From NCBI RefSeq assembly GCF_964213995.1, contig NW_027590143.1, positions 372,001-436,000 on the forward strand: 64,000 bases of DNA. Direction: 5' to 3'. This DNA is from Mustelus asterias. Its lineage: Eukaryota. A program made the translations under genes and the position numbers. The notes under the pieces are model-generated. The model was not told the origin of the DNA. It did no database searches and saw nothing but the letters and a program-made list of their open reading frames with translations. This document shows, one piece after another, positions 24,881 through 37,261 of the stretch (position 1 is the stretch's first letter; each line of letters starts with the position of its first letter).

Positions 24881-25787
24881 GAGTGTGTGCATCAGGAAAG
24901 ACGCAACTGGTTTAAGAGAGAGTTAGACAAATCAGACCACAAGGCTGTGCTCCTGCTGCAGGCTTACAAGCAAAAACTAAAGCGGGAGAATCCATTAACT
25001 AAAGTCGTGAAATGTTGTTCTCAGGAATCGAAATATCTCCTATTTGACTGTTTAGAGTCTGTGGACTGGTCAGAATTTATAACCTCTGCGACCAGCCTGA
25101 ACGAGTACATCACCACAGTAACTGGCTTCATTAGGAAGTGTGTAGAAGACTGTGTGCCCAAGAAGGTATTGTGTGCGTTTCCCAACGAGAAACCATGGAT
25201 GAACAGGGATATCCACTGCTTACTGAGGTCTAGATCTGAGGCGTTCAACTCTGACCGATACAAAAAAGCCAGATATGATCGACACAGATCCATGAAAGAT
25301 GTCAAAAAGCCAGTACCGGACCAAGCTATTGTCCCATCCTAGCCACACGGGCCCCCACCGACTATGCCAAAGTCTGCAAGACATAGCAGGCTACAAGATG
25401 ACGGCATGTAAAATCGTTGGCTCAAACGGACTCCTCTCTAATAAGTTCAATGCGTTCTATGCCCGTGTTAAGCATGAGGTCAGCAAGAGCCTGCCCTCCA
25501 CCCCGGCAGCCTCGGATGGAGATGTATCTGAGGTCACCATTTCAGATGTCAGAACAGCCTACTCGAAAGTTAACCCATGGAAAGCGACTGGCCTGGATCC
25601 GGTACCCGGACAAGCACTCACACCCTGCGCGGATCAGCTGGCGGGGGTATTCACAGTCATCTTCAAATTCTCTTTACAGCAATCTGAGTTCCCGATCTGC
25701 TTCAAGAAGACGACCATTCACCCAGAAGCAAAGATAACATACGCAGCCTGTCCGAATGACGACCGTCCGGTGGCTCTGACATCCATC

Positions 25788-28372
25788 GAAGTAGCAAGGG
25801 TCGAGGGCTTCAAGTTTTTATGTGTCCAGGTCACGAACAACCTGTACTGGTCTCCATTGCTGACACTATAGTTAAGAAAGCCCACCAACATCTCTACTTT
25901 CTCAGAAGACAAAGGAAATTTGGAATGTCAGCTACGACTCTCACCAACTTTTACAGATGCACCAGAAAGCATTATTTCTGGTGGTATCACAGCTTGGTAT
26001 GGCTCCTGCTGTGCCCAAGACGGCACGGAATTACAAAAGGTCGTGAATATACCCCAATCCATCACGCAAACCAGCCTCTCATCCATTGACTCTGTCCACA
26101 CTTCTTGCTGCCTCGGCAAAGCAGCCAGAATAATCAAGGACCCCATGCACCACGGACATTCTCTCTTCCACCCTTTTCCATCGGGAAAAAGATACAAAGG
26201 TCTGAGGTCAGGTACCAACCGACTCAAGAACAGCTTCTTCTGTGCTGCCATCAGACTTTTGAATGGATCTACCTCGCATTAAGTTGCTCTTTCTGTGCAC
26301 CCGAGCTATGACTGTAACATTACATTCTGCAGTCTTTCATTTCCTTCTCTATGAACTCTTCTCTTGAAGAATATAGGGAGGTGTAGGAGTAGAATTAAGA
26401 GAGAAATTAGGAGGGCACAAAGGGGACACGAGATTGTTTTGACAGATAAGGCAAAGGAAAATCCAAAGAGCTTCCACAAACACATAAAGGGCAAAAGAGT
26501 AACAAGGGAAAGCGTAGGGCTTCTTAAGGTTCAACAAGGTCATCGATGTGCGGATCCACAAGGGATTGGTGAGATCCTAAATGAATATTTCTCATCCATA
26601 TTTACTGTTGAGAAAAGCATGGATGTTATGGAACTTGGGGAAATAAATAGTGATGTCTTGAGGAGTGTACATATTACAGAGAAAGATGTGCTGGAAGTCT
26701 TAAAGCGGATCAAGTTAGATAAATCCCCGGGACCTGATGAGGTGTATCCCAGGATATTGTGGGAGGCTAGGGAGGACATTGCAGGTCCCCTAGCCGATAT
26801 AATTGAATCATCGATAGTCACACGGGAGCTGCCTGAAGATTGTAGTTTGGCAACTGCTGTGCCTTTGTTTAAAAAGTGCTGCAGTGAAAAGCCTGGGAAC
26901 TACAGACCAGTGAGCCTCACATCTGTGGTGGGTAAAGTGTTGGAAGGTATTTTGAGAGACAGGACCTACAGGCCTTTAAAGACGCAAGGACTGATTAATG
27001 ACAGTCAGCATGGCTTTGTGAGTGGAAAATCATGTTTCACAAATTTGATTGAGATTTTTGAAGGGGTAACCAAGAAGGTAGATGAGGGCAGTGCAGTTGA
27101 TGTTGTCTGCATGAATTTTAGCAAGGCCTTTGACAAGTACTGCCTATTAAGTTGTTGCATTAGATTAAATCTCACGGGATCCAGGGTGAGGTATCTAAAT
27201 TGATACAAAATTGGCTTCTTGCCAGAAGACAGAGGGTAGTTGTAGAGGGTTGTTTTTCAAACTGGAGGCCTGTGACCAGCGGTTGCCTCAGAGATCGGTG
27301 CTGGGTCCACTGTTATTTGTCATTTATATTAATGATTTAGATGACAATATAGGAGGCATGGTTAGTATGTTTGCAGATGATGCCAAGATTGGTGGCATGG
27401 ACAGTGAAGAATGTTATCTCCGATTGCAACAGGATTTTCATCAATTGGGCCAGTGGGCTGACGAATGGCAGATGGGGTTTAAATTAGATAAATGCAAGGT
27501 GATGCATTTTGGTAGATTAAACCAGGGCAGGACTTACTCAGTTAATGGCAGAGCGCTGGGGAGTGTTAAAGAACAAAGAGATCTCGGGGTACATGTTCAT
27601 TGCGCCTTGAAAGTGGAGTCACAGGTGGTGAAGAAGGCATTCAGCCTGCTTGGTTTCATCGGTCAGAACATTGAATACAGGAGTTGAGGCAACTTGTTGA
27701 AGTTGTACAAGACATTGTTAAGGCCACACTTGCAATACTGTGCACAGTTCTGGTAACCGTATTATAGAAATGATATTATTAAACTAGAAAGAGTACAGAA
27801 AAGATTTACTAGGATGCAACCCGGACTTGATGTTTTGAGTTACAGAGAGAGGTGGATAGACTGGGACTTTTTTCTCTGGAGCATAGGAGGCTGAAGGGTG
27901 GTCTTATAGAGGTCTATAAAATAGTGAGGGGTACAGATCGACTAGATAGTCAATATGTTTTCCCAAAGATAGGGGAGTCTAAAACGAGAAGGCCTAAGCT
28001 TAAGGTGAGAGGGGAGAGATACAAAGTGTCCAAAGGGGCAATGTTTTCACAAAGCAGGGGGTGAATGTCTGGAACATGTTGCCAGAGGTAGTAGTAGAGG
28101 CAGGTACAATTTTGTCTTCAAAAAAGCATTTAGACAGTGACATGGGTGAGATGGGGAAAGAGAGATATCGGCCAAATGCGGGCAATTGGCATTAGCTTCG
28201 GGGTTTAAAAAAAAAGGCGGCATGCACAAGTTGGGCAGAAGGGCCTGTTTCCATGCTGTAAACCTCTATGACTCTATGACTAGTATGCTTTGTCTGCAGA
28301 ACGCGCAAGAAATGATACTTTTCACTGTATGCTAATTCATGTGACAATAATAAATCAAATCAATTCAAAATT
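25788..28372 (+). mobile_element. Second, 5'-truncated Rex1 nested in the first, itself split by a CR1
   Basis: Begins EVARVEGFKFL; 3' UTR broken at about 26355 and resumes at 28281, ending in an (AAATC)n tail. Confidence 0.75.
26360..28280 (+). mobile_element. CR1 LINE, 5'-truncated, frameshifted
   Basis: KENPKSF, DKSPGPD, YRPVSL, FADD; (CTATGA) tail. Confidence 0.93.
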
Positions 28373-31300
28373 ATTGTGACGCGCTTCGAAAAGTTATTCA
28401 TGGCACAAGTCACTTCTAGGCTCCCAGATTACCTGGATTCACTACATTTCGTCCACCATCCCAATCGGTCCACAACAGATGCCTTCTCCCTGGTTCTGCA
28501 TTCAACCCTGGAACACCTAGATAACAAAGACACCTGTGCTGGACTGCTATTTATTGACTACAGCTCAGCCTTCAAAGAACAAAGAACAAAGAAAATTACA
28601 GAACAGGAACAGGCCTTTCGGCCCTCCAAACCTTCACCGATCATGATGCCTGCCGAAACTAAAACCGTATGGACTTACGGAGTCTATATCCTTCCATTCC
28701 CATCCTATTCATGCATTTGTCTAGTTGCCCCTTAAATGCCACTACCATACCTGCTCCCACCACCTCCCTGGGCAGCCCCTTCCAGACATTCACCATCTGT
28801 GTAAAAAACGTGCCTCGCACATCTCCTCTAAACTTTTTCCACACACCTTAAACCTATGTCCCCTAATACTTACTTGAACACCATTATTCCTCCGAAACTC
28901 ATCTCCAAATTCCGTGGCCTGGGCCTCGACACCTCCCTCTGCGACTGGATCCTGAACTTCCTAACCCACAGACCATCAATGAGGATTGAAACATAGAAAC
29001 ATAGAAACCCTAGAGTGCAGAAGGAGGCCATTCGGCCCATCGAGTCTGCACCGACCACAATCCCACCCAGGCCCTACCCCCACATATTTTACCCGCTAAT
29101 CCCTCGAACCTACGCATCCCAGGACTGTAAGGGACAATTTTTAACCTGACCAATCAACCTAACCCGCACATCTTTGGATGCGTAATAGGATAGGTAACAA
29201 CACCTCCTCCACGATTATCCTCAACACTGGTGACCCACAAGGATGTATCATCAGCCCCCTACTCTAATCCTTATACATCTTTGTCTGTGTGGCCAAATTC
29301 CTCTCCAATTCGATTTTCAAGTTTGCTGACGACGCCACCGTAGTGGGTCGGATCTCAAACAATGACGAGAGAGTACAGGAATGAGATACAGAATCTGGTG
29401 AACTGGTACAAAAACAATAATCTTTCACTCAATGTCAACAAAACGAAGGTCTTAGTCATCGACTTCAGGAAGCGTAGTGGAGAATCTTTCCCTGTCTACA
29501 TCAATGGTGATGAAGTAGAAGTAGTTGACAGCTTCTAGGTTTTAGACGTCGAGTTCACCAACAACCTGACCTGGTCCCTGCATGCCGACACTATTGTTAA
29601 GAATGCCCACCAATGCCTCTACTTTCTCAGAAATTTGGCATGTCAGCCAAGGCGCTCACCAACTTTTACAGATGTGCCATAGAAATAATTATTTCTGGTT
29701 GTATAACAGCTTGGTATAGCTCCTGCTCTGCCCAAGGCTCGAAGGAACGACAAACGCGCTTGGATGTAGCCCAATCAATCAGGCGAACCAGCCTCCCATC
29801 CATTCACTCTGTCTACACTTCCTGCTGCCTCTGAAAAACAGCCAGCATTATTAAGGACCACATGAACACTGGACATTGTCTTTTCCACCTTCTTCCGTTG
29901 GGGAAAATATATAAACGTCTGAGGTCACGTACCGACCGACTCAAGAGCAGCTTCTTCGCTGCTGCTATCAGACTTTTGAGTGTAGCTACCGCACACTAAG
30001 TGTACTTTTTTTTACACCCGAGCTATGACTGCAACACAACATTTTTCACCCTCTCCTTTTTTTCTCAATGTACGGCATGTTTTGTATGTGTAGCACGCAG
30101 GAAACAATACATTTCACTGCATACTAATAGACGTGGCAGTAATAAATCAAATTAAATCAAATGGAATCAAAGTGGGCTGAGAGTGTGATGTTTACAGAGA
30201 GGGTAATAGGCCGAGGAACACAGATTGAGGTGAGTAAGTGAGATGTGCAATTTGAATGAGAGAGAGGGGGAGGTTTCTGGGTTGAGAGATTGAGAGACAC
30301 TGTTCTCAGTTTCAACGGTGAAGGTCAAAGTTCACTGTAAACTATTACATAAAGCGACAGATTATTTATCATCAGGTTTCAGGAGAAACTGAGCATTCTT
30401 TTGATTTTATGCAAAAGAGAAGGTTGGTGGTCGACTTATTAGAAGTGACATAATTTGCCGCTGTTTAGACAGCGAATTGCGATGATATTTTCAGTCAGTT
30501 TCACGGTTGCATTTGCTGACTCTGCATCAAAAAATGAATTTCCTTTCGATGGATAAAGAGGTAATGTCCTTCAAGAAGTAATTCATCATATCGTTGTTTT
30601 GTATTTCTGCACCAGATCATTTGTAAAAAGAAAGGCATCCTAAGATGACATCAAGGATTACTGTTCAGAGATACTGAATTCTGTTTTAAAACGTTTAGTT
30701 GTGTCCTGGTGTCTGGGTTCGGCACTGTTCAAATTTGAGTAACTTTTGAATATTCGTTTTCCCTGCCTATATAAATTTTTAATCTTATGGACAGGTGAAG
30801 TTAAACTGTCCCTTCCAAGTTCAATCCCCGCTGGTTTTTTTTTCTGTGCATCGGGCTTGATCTCTCACTCTTTCAGTGACTCTTATTCTGCCTCTATCCA
30901 TTTACATTTATGTTGTCTACGTTTTCTATCATCTCTTATTCTGGGTGGGCTGCAGCTGACTCTGTGGGGCCTGTGCTCGATGTGGACTTCCAGTGGCACG
31001 AGTGAAACTGCTTGGAAGTGCTGAATGGACAACCCGTTTCGATACCTGTGGATGCACATCGATTCCAGGAAGACATCACGCAGAAAATTGACATTGTTGA
31101 GGAGTTCTTCTTTCAATTGTCGATGCAATCTTAATGAGCAGCAATGCAACTCAAATCAGGCAACGAGAGGACAGTTAACTTGACAAAAGTATCGTGAAAA
31201 TGACAGGGCAAATTACTGAGGAAGTATCAACATTGCACATTGCAATCAGAAAAGAAAATTCTCAACCTGGCATCCAAAAGGGTTTTACTCTGCTTCTTAA

Positions 31301-31982
31301 TTAGCCCCCCCCCCCCACCCCCACCATCCCCAACCCACCCCTCCGCCTGGATCTTCAGATCATACGATCTGTTAGTTGAAGGGAAACCAGTCGATGACAT
31401 AAGCTGAATTTCCAAAAGTTAGTTGATATGCTGCGTTACGTCAGTTAAGATGCAAGATAAAGGCTCATTGAGTCGGATCAATATATCAGCATGGAAAGAA
31501 GACAAATTATTTAGAACAAGCACAACCTAGGTATATGTTACATCTTTCAGTTGGAAGGCGATTAACAATGACGTGCCTCGTGGGTCAGCCCCTCATCCTC
31601 AGTTATTTGCAGCCTATTTTAACGACTTATACAAAGAGGCAGAGCAAATGTTTGCATTCTTCTGATGATGCCAGGCGAGGTGAACTGTGGACGGTAAACC
31701 ATAAGAAAGGACAGAGAGTCTGCAAGCAAACATAGACAGGATAACTGAGTGAAAAACAAGGTGGCAACTGCAGTATTATTATCAGCGTAAGTGTAAGCTT
31801 ACTCTGTTCCGCCCTGCTAATGTGAAATCAAATAGTTTTAAAGGTCGTGAAACATCATAATATTGATACTTGGAGAGACTTGCATGTGATTTTAAAAGTA
31901 ACACGAAAAAAGACTTGCAGAACTGCTAATGGATCATGGTTGATCGGATAATAACTTGAACGTTGTGGGGCGGATGGAACTA

Positions 31983-32270
31983 AAGTTTATTTATTACTCA
32001 AAGTAATACTGCAATGAAGTTACTGTGAAAATCGCCCAGTCGCCACACGCCAGCACCTGTTCGTATACACAGGGAGAACATGGCATTGCCAATTTACCTA
32101 ACCTGCACATTTTTGGACATTGGAAGGAAACCGGAGCCCGGAGGAAATCCAGGCAGTCACAGGGAGAATGTGCAAACGTCACACAGACAGTGACCCAAGC
32201 CGTGAATCGAGCTTGGGTCCCTGGCGCTCTGAGGCAGCAGTGCTGCGCACGGTGCCAATGTACCGCCCCA
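31983..32270 (-). mobile_element. V-SINE, tail type B
   Basis: Head GGGCGGTACATTGGCAC on minus; tail CAGTAACTTCATTGCAG..AATAAATAAACTTT. Confidence 0.8.
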
Positions 32271-34189
32271 ACCGTTAGTGGTGGTGAGGAGGGGGGGATC
32301 AGTGTTCCTTTATCATCACTTATACCATATATCTAGACAAAACTATCGCCAGTCATTAGAAACATGATGTTGAAATTAATGCACTCATCGCTAGGCTATG
32401 CCTAGTCTGTTCTAATTGGGTAGGAGGTGAGTGAAGAGTGAAGGAATTGAATATTCTTCCAGAACAACCAATCTAACACGTAGCTTGGTCAAATATAAGA
32501 ATTTTATTTGCGTTTACAGCACATTCCAAACAGTCAAACAAAATAAACATGTTCCATATACTGTCAGTTCAAATTCACATCAAATAAAACTTCATACCTC
32601 ACTTAATTTTTCTCCTTGACGTATTTCGCAACACCATTTTTCAATTGGACTCTCTCCTTTACGTATGGGCACCAATGTCTTATTGGGCAGTACAGTTCCG
32701 TGGAACTATTCGGATGGATTGAAGCAGCAAATGGTCTCCTTGTCGTGTTGGTGCTTCAGTGAGCATGAAGAGCAGACGAATTCCATCCTGAAAAGAAACA
32801 GATGAGAACTAGCAGCCCAGTTTGTATCTGCCAGTTTCAAGCTGAGTTTCTAAACATATAAAATAATATTTGTAAAGATATAAAAGAGTTGTAAAAAACT
32901 GCTGGAGGGGGAAAAACAGTCCTTCAAATGCTGTTTTTGATTTCTGTGCTAAAATGTAGATTACAGACAGACTTCACGTTGCAACATTTGTTTGAAAGGG
33001 ACCAAACATCAGGGTTGACTTAGTAACAGGCTCCACAGGTTTTTGCATTTTGTTGGGATGTGAGTCAATGAAGACGTCAGCTAACAACCTATGAGTTTAA
33101 AGTAAACACTCAGATAAAGAGGAGACTATCAGCTTTGAATTTTTGTTGTTGTCAGCATCAAACCAATCGTGGTGCAAGATAACTGCGAGGTCATGGCAGA
33201 TAAAAAATGCCAGAGGAACAGCCATCTCTAGGTAACATCTTAGGTGAACATCTCCAGAGGCCAGGGCAGCCAGTCAAAAAAACATTTATCGCTATAGCAG
33301 TTCTCCCTCCCCCCCCCCCCCTGCACCGCCCCCCCCCCCCCGCCCCCTGCCAGTTTAAAAATCGCTTAAGAAAACTATCTAACAGAAGGATACGGGATTA
33401 GAAAGACCTTACAGACAGCGCACAACTACTGAAGAACTCCCAAATCTGAGAATCCCATCAAGGCGGGTTGTATAATTATTTTGAGAGTGACTAAAATTTT
33501 GTTGTTACAGTTTTGGTAATGAATGTTCCTCGTATTATTTGAACAATATTTCAGTCGAACCGTACCTTAATTAACATGTTACTTGTTTACTTAAAATTCT
33601 TGGTTATTTAAATAAAATAATTTGTTAATTATTTTGTTAATAGTTTAATTATTCACTCGAAGTGTGTGACAAGTATTTTTCAATTAATATACCTCTGAAA
33701 GTTAATTCAGAACAGTTAGCAGCTTCACAAATATTTTTCCAGTTTACGATGTGAGGTAAAGGGGTTTAACCTCTGTGCCATAACAGTATTGTAATTTACT
33801 GAATAACAGCAAGACTGGCAAAGTTTGGACAATATTTCACTGTTACAAAAGGGGACAAAGTAAATCTATGTCGGGAATATAAGCAGAAACAGGAATAGCG
33901 GGAGTCCATTTGGCTCGAGGTGCTCTCAAACCTCCACACTTTCAACTGGCAGATAAGTTTCCTAAACAAGTTTACTGCCGAAATAATACAAGAGTTTAAA
34001 TTCAGGGCTTTCACTGCCTGGATTCAATTCAATTCCCTGTCTCGATATTGTGCTAAATGTTATAACTCACACTCAGTTGCTGGTTTAATAAGAGTCATAT
34101 TAGGCTCGGAACCTTAACTCTGTCTGCTTCACATTTGCCGCAACACCTTCTGAGAACGTTTTATTATGACATGAATTACTAGTTAGATC

Positions 34190-34990
34190 ATGCACATGAA
34201 CACAATAAATAGGAGCAGGAATAGACCAATCGGTACATCCAGCCTGTTCCGCAATTCAACACCGTTATGGTTGATCTTGGGGTACAACTCAGTTTTCCCA
34301 CCAGCTCCCCATATCCCTGAATTCCCCGAGAGACCAGAGACCTGTCTATCCCAACCTTAAATATACTCGATGATGGAGCATCCATAACTGTCTGGCATAG
34401 AGCATTCCAAAGGTTCACAACCATTTCAGTGAAGTAATTTATCCTTACCATAGCCCGAAATGATCAGCCCATTTTCCTGAGACTCTGCTGCCGTGTGTTA
34501 GATTTCCCGACCAGCAGAAAAACTCTCTCAGCCTCCAACCTATCAAACCCAATTAGACTTGTGTAGGTTTAATGAGATTGCCTCTCATTCCTCAAAGCTC
34601 CAGAGACTTTCAGCCCACTTTAGACAGCCTCTCATCACACGACAACTCCCTGATCCCAGTGATCATCTGCTGAACCTTATCTGCACCGTTTCCAATGCAA
34701 ACATATCCTTTATTAAATGTGAATATCATACCTGCACAGAATATTCAACATGTGGTCTCAACAAAACCCCGTGTAACTGCAGCATCACCTCGTTATTCTT
34801 CGACTCCAGTCTGCCGGCAGTAAAGACCAAAATGTAATTTCCCTTCTAATCATTGCATGCACCTGTGTGCATTCCTTGTGCAATCACAGATATTCTATTC
34901 TCAATATCGACACTAACCTTCTTCAGCTCTTCAAATATGTCCTGCTTTTCCTATTTTTTTAAGAAGAAGGGAACATCTATTCGCTTTCGA
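34190..34990 (-). mobile_element. Older CR1-clade LINE 3' fragment
   Basis: YFTEMVVNLWNAL..SIFKVGIDR; same tail type as the 58-60 kb element. Confidence 0.75.
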
Positions 34991-35081
34991 AAATTGCACG
35001 TGATCTCCGCCTCCACTGATCACAGCTCCATGTTTGTTTTCAACTCTTTCCCTCCAGCTTCTATTAGCTAAATTTAACAAC

Positions 35082-35163
35082 AGGCTCCAGCGAGAATTGA
35101 ACTCACGACCCCTGAACTCACTGGATCACAAGGCCAGTGCTCTAACCACTGAGCTATGGAGCC
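35082..35163 (-). pseudogene. tRNA-Thr(TGT) pseudogene with 9-nt insertion
   Basis: GGCTCCATAGCTCAGTGGTTAGAGCACTGGCCTTGTGATCCAG[TGAGTTCAG]GGGTCGTGAGTTCAATTCTCGCTGGAGCCT. Confidence 0.85.
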
Positions 35164-35512
35164 AAATACTGCAAACAGAGGGCAGTATGTATAGCAATAT
35201 CAATGGATTGAGGGCCAGGATGGGGTTTGAGGGCGGAGATTTTTGATGAATGTGGAAATGTCTGAGGTGGAGAGCAGGAAGTTAAAAGACAAAACTTGAA
35301 AGTGACATAATTTGACATGTGTATTGTGTATGAACTTGACATGTAGGTTGTGTGTGTCATATGGTCCATCTTCAGAGTTTATCGGTAATGTTACATCTCT
35401 GACATTTCCAGCTCTGATGCAAGTTCATCCAGCTGGAAGATTTAACTTGTTGTTCCCTTCACAGACGCTGTGAGGCGTGTTTTCATTAAATGGAGAAATT
35501 AACAAAGAGTTA

Positions 35513-35577
35513 TTCACTCATGACTGGGAATCGAAACCGCGTCACGGCGCCGACCCTGATCACTCGACCCTCAGTGA
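35513..35577 (-). pseudogene. Degenerate tRNA-Glu-like pseudogene, anticodon arm partly deleted
   Basis: TCACTGAGGGTCGAGTGATCAGGGTCGGCG..GGTTTCGATTCCCAGTCA resembles vertebrate tRNA-Glu. Confidence 0.5.
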
Positions 35578-35789
35578 CGCGGATGTGAGAGATTTGCAAT
35601 GAGTTGATCATTTCCGTACCCATTGCTTCATTTCCAATAACCTTTAATAAAAATAGGTCACAATAAGGAATGACGGGAAGCTACATGACAGGATTTGAAC
35701 CTCAGTTCGAAAATCCCAATCTATCCCCTGGGCCGGGACTGCAGTATCAATGTTTGCAATCCTGTTTTTATTCCGCGAGACAGCCTTTC

Positions 35790-35965
35790 AGCCTCTGTTC
35801 CCGTTTGTATTCTCTATCGGAGCAACTCCACTCCTCACAGGTTTGACAAAGGGTCATCTGGACTCGAAATGTCAGCTCTCTTCACTCCTTACAGATACTG
35901 CCAGACCTGGTGAGATTTTCCAGCATTTTCTTTTTGCTTCCGATTGCAGCATCCACAGTAAATTG
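35790..35965 (+). mobile_element. Penelope-like pLTR fragment
   Basis: TTGACAAAGGGTCATCTGGACTCGAAA..GCCAGACCTG..TTTTCCAGCATTTTC, shared with 58000-58097 and 61870-62008. Confidence 0.7.
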
Positions 35966-36112
35966 CTCCATTCCTTCCGCACACGCCCCTTTACCTCAAA
36001 ACTGTTCACATTGGTGTGTCTCTCCTCTTTCTTCCTGCCAAAAACGACACGGCACAAACTTCAACCTGAAATGCTGGGCTTCATCTGCAGGGACCAAAAC
36101 TCAAATCCATTC

Positions 36113-36193
36113 TGGCAGCGGCTGGATTCTAACCCACAACTCCGCAAAAACTAGACCTTAATCCATCGGTTGAGATTGCTCAACTACGCTACC
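36113..36193 (-). pseudogene. tRNA-Leu(AAG) pseudogene
   Basis: GGTAGCGTAGTTGAGC..GGATTAAGG..GTGGGTTAGAATCCAGCCGCTGCCA; long variable arm, many mismatches. Confidence 0.75.
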
Positions 36194-37261
36194 ACATAAG
36201 CAGCCATGTCCTTTATCAATATTGTTACTGAAATTCATTAGCAGCAAAGGAGCTGCGAAAGTCCATCAGTTGGCTTGAGCCTGCTCCTTCACTGAATCAA
36301 TTCATTCTGAACTGTGTAACAAACAGAAATCACATCCAGTCAGAAACTGAATGAGCTGCAGTGAAGGACCAGCACCATTAAAACTGTCCTTAACCTTGTC
36401 TGGTTCCCAATATCCTGCCAGAAATGACAATAAACCCTCCTGTTGAATTTGCTCAGTCTTCACTTCAGGACACGAGGCGAGATTGCGTTTTATATGTTCC
36501 ACCAGGCAATAACTGACATTTGTTCTTACGGTTTAGATGAGAGCAACAAATCTCCATTACCTGACCTGTAATCTAAACAGCAGTGAAAGTGTCAAACTCG
36601 AACCACCAGACCAGCAGCTTGTTGCCTGTTTTACAACTTGCTTTACACACACTGCATTTGTTTTTTTTTATTTTTCGCGCCAGGCCAGACCACATTCACC
36701 ACAAGCAAGTCTCTTCTGCAAAATGGCATCTGCGGTTTCCACCCCAGTGATACATTCAATCAGTAACAACATACAACAGACATTCCACTGATAGTTATTA
36801 CGTTCGCTTCCGACAGTTCGAAACTGGAGAGAAACTTTTCCAAATATTTTCGTTGCAGAGTGAGGGAAAAGTTTAATAATTCAGTGTGAACGCTAAAATC
36901 TGACCAATTTAACATCCAGATGTTTACCTTACATCCCATCCCTATCGTCAGCGCTTTGCAGCCTGTAAATACCTTTCTGCTACTGCGTTTGTTCTTGACC
37001 TGTTGCACATGTGACATTTCCAGCTGTGATGTAAACTTGCAAGAGTCACTCGGTTGAATTTAATAGATCTGCTTTCAATCAGATAGTAAATCATGTTATT
37101 CTTCACAGTTTGCTGAGAGCAATAAATATTCGTTTCCTGAGCGGGAATTGCAACCAAACAACATTGGGGGAACACTGAACACAACTCACTGGACTCGGAC
37201 TCTCAGTGTCACAGGTGAACAGTGTTTTTCAAAATGACTTCCCATATATCCCTTAATATGT

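Larger units (their letters stand above)
24885..30165 (+). mobile_element. Long degenerate Rex1/Babar LINE (24885-25787 plus 28373-30165) hosting nested insertions
   Basis: SDH, FPNEKPWMN, RPVALTSI | IVTRFEKL, FIDYSSAF, FADD, final AATAAATCAAAT tail. Confidence 0.85.
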
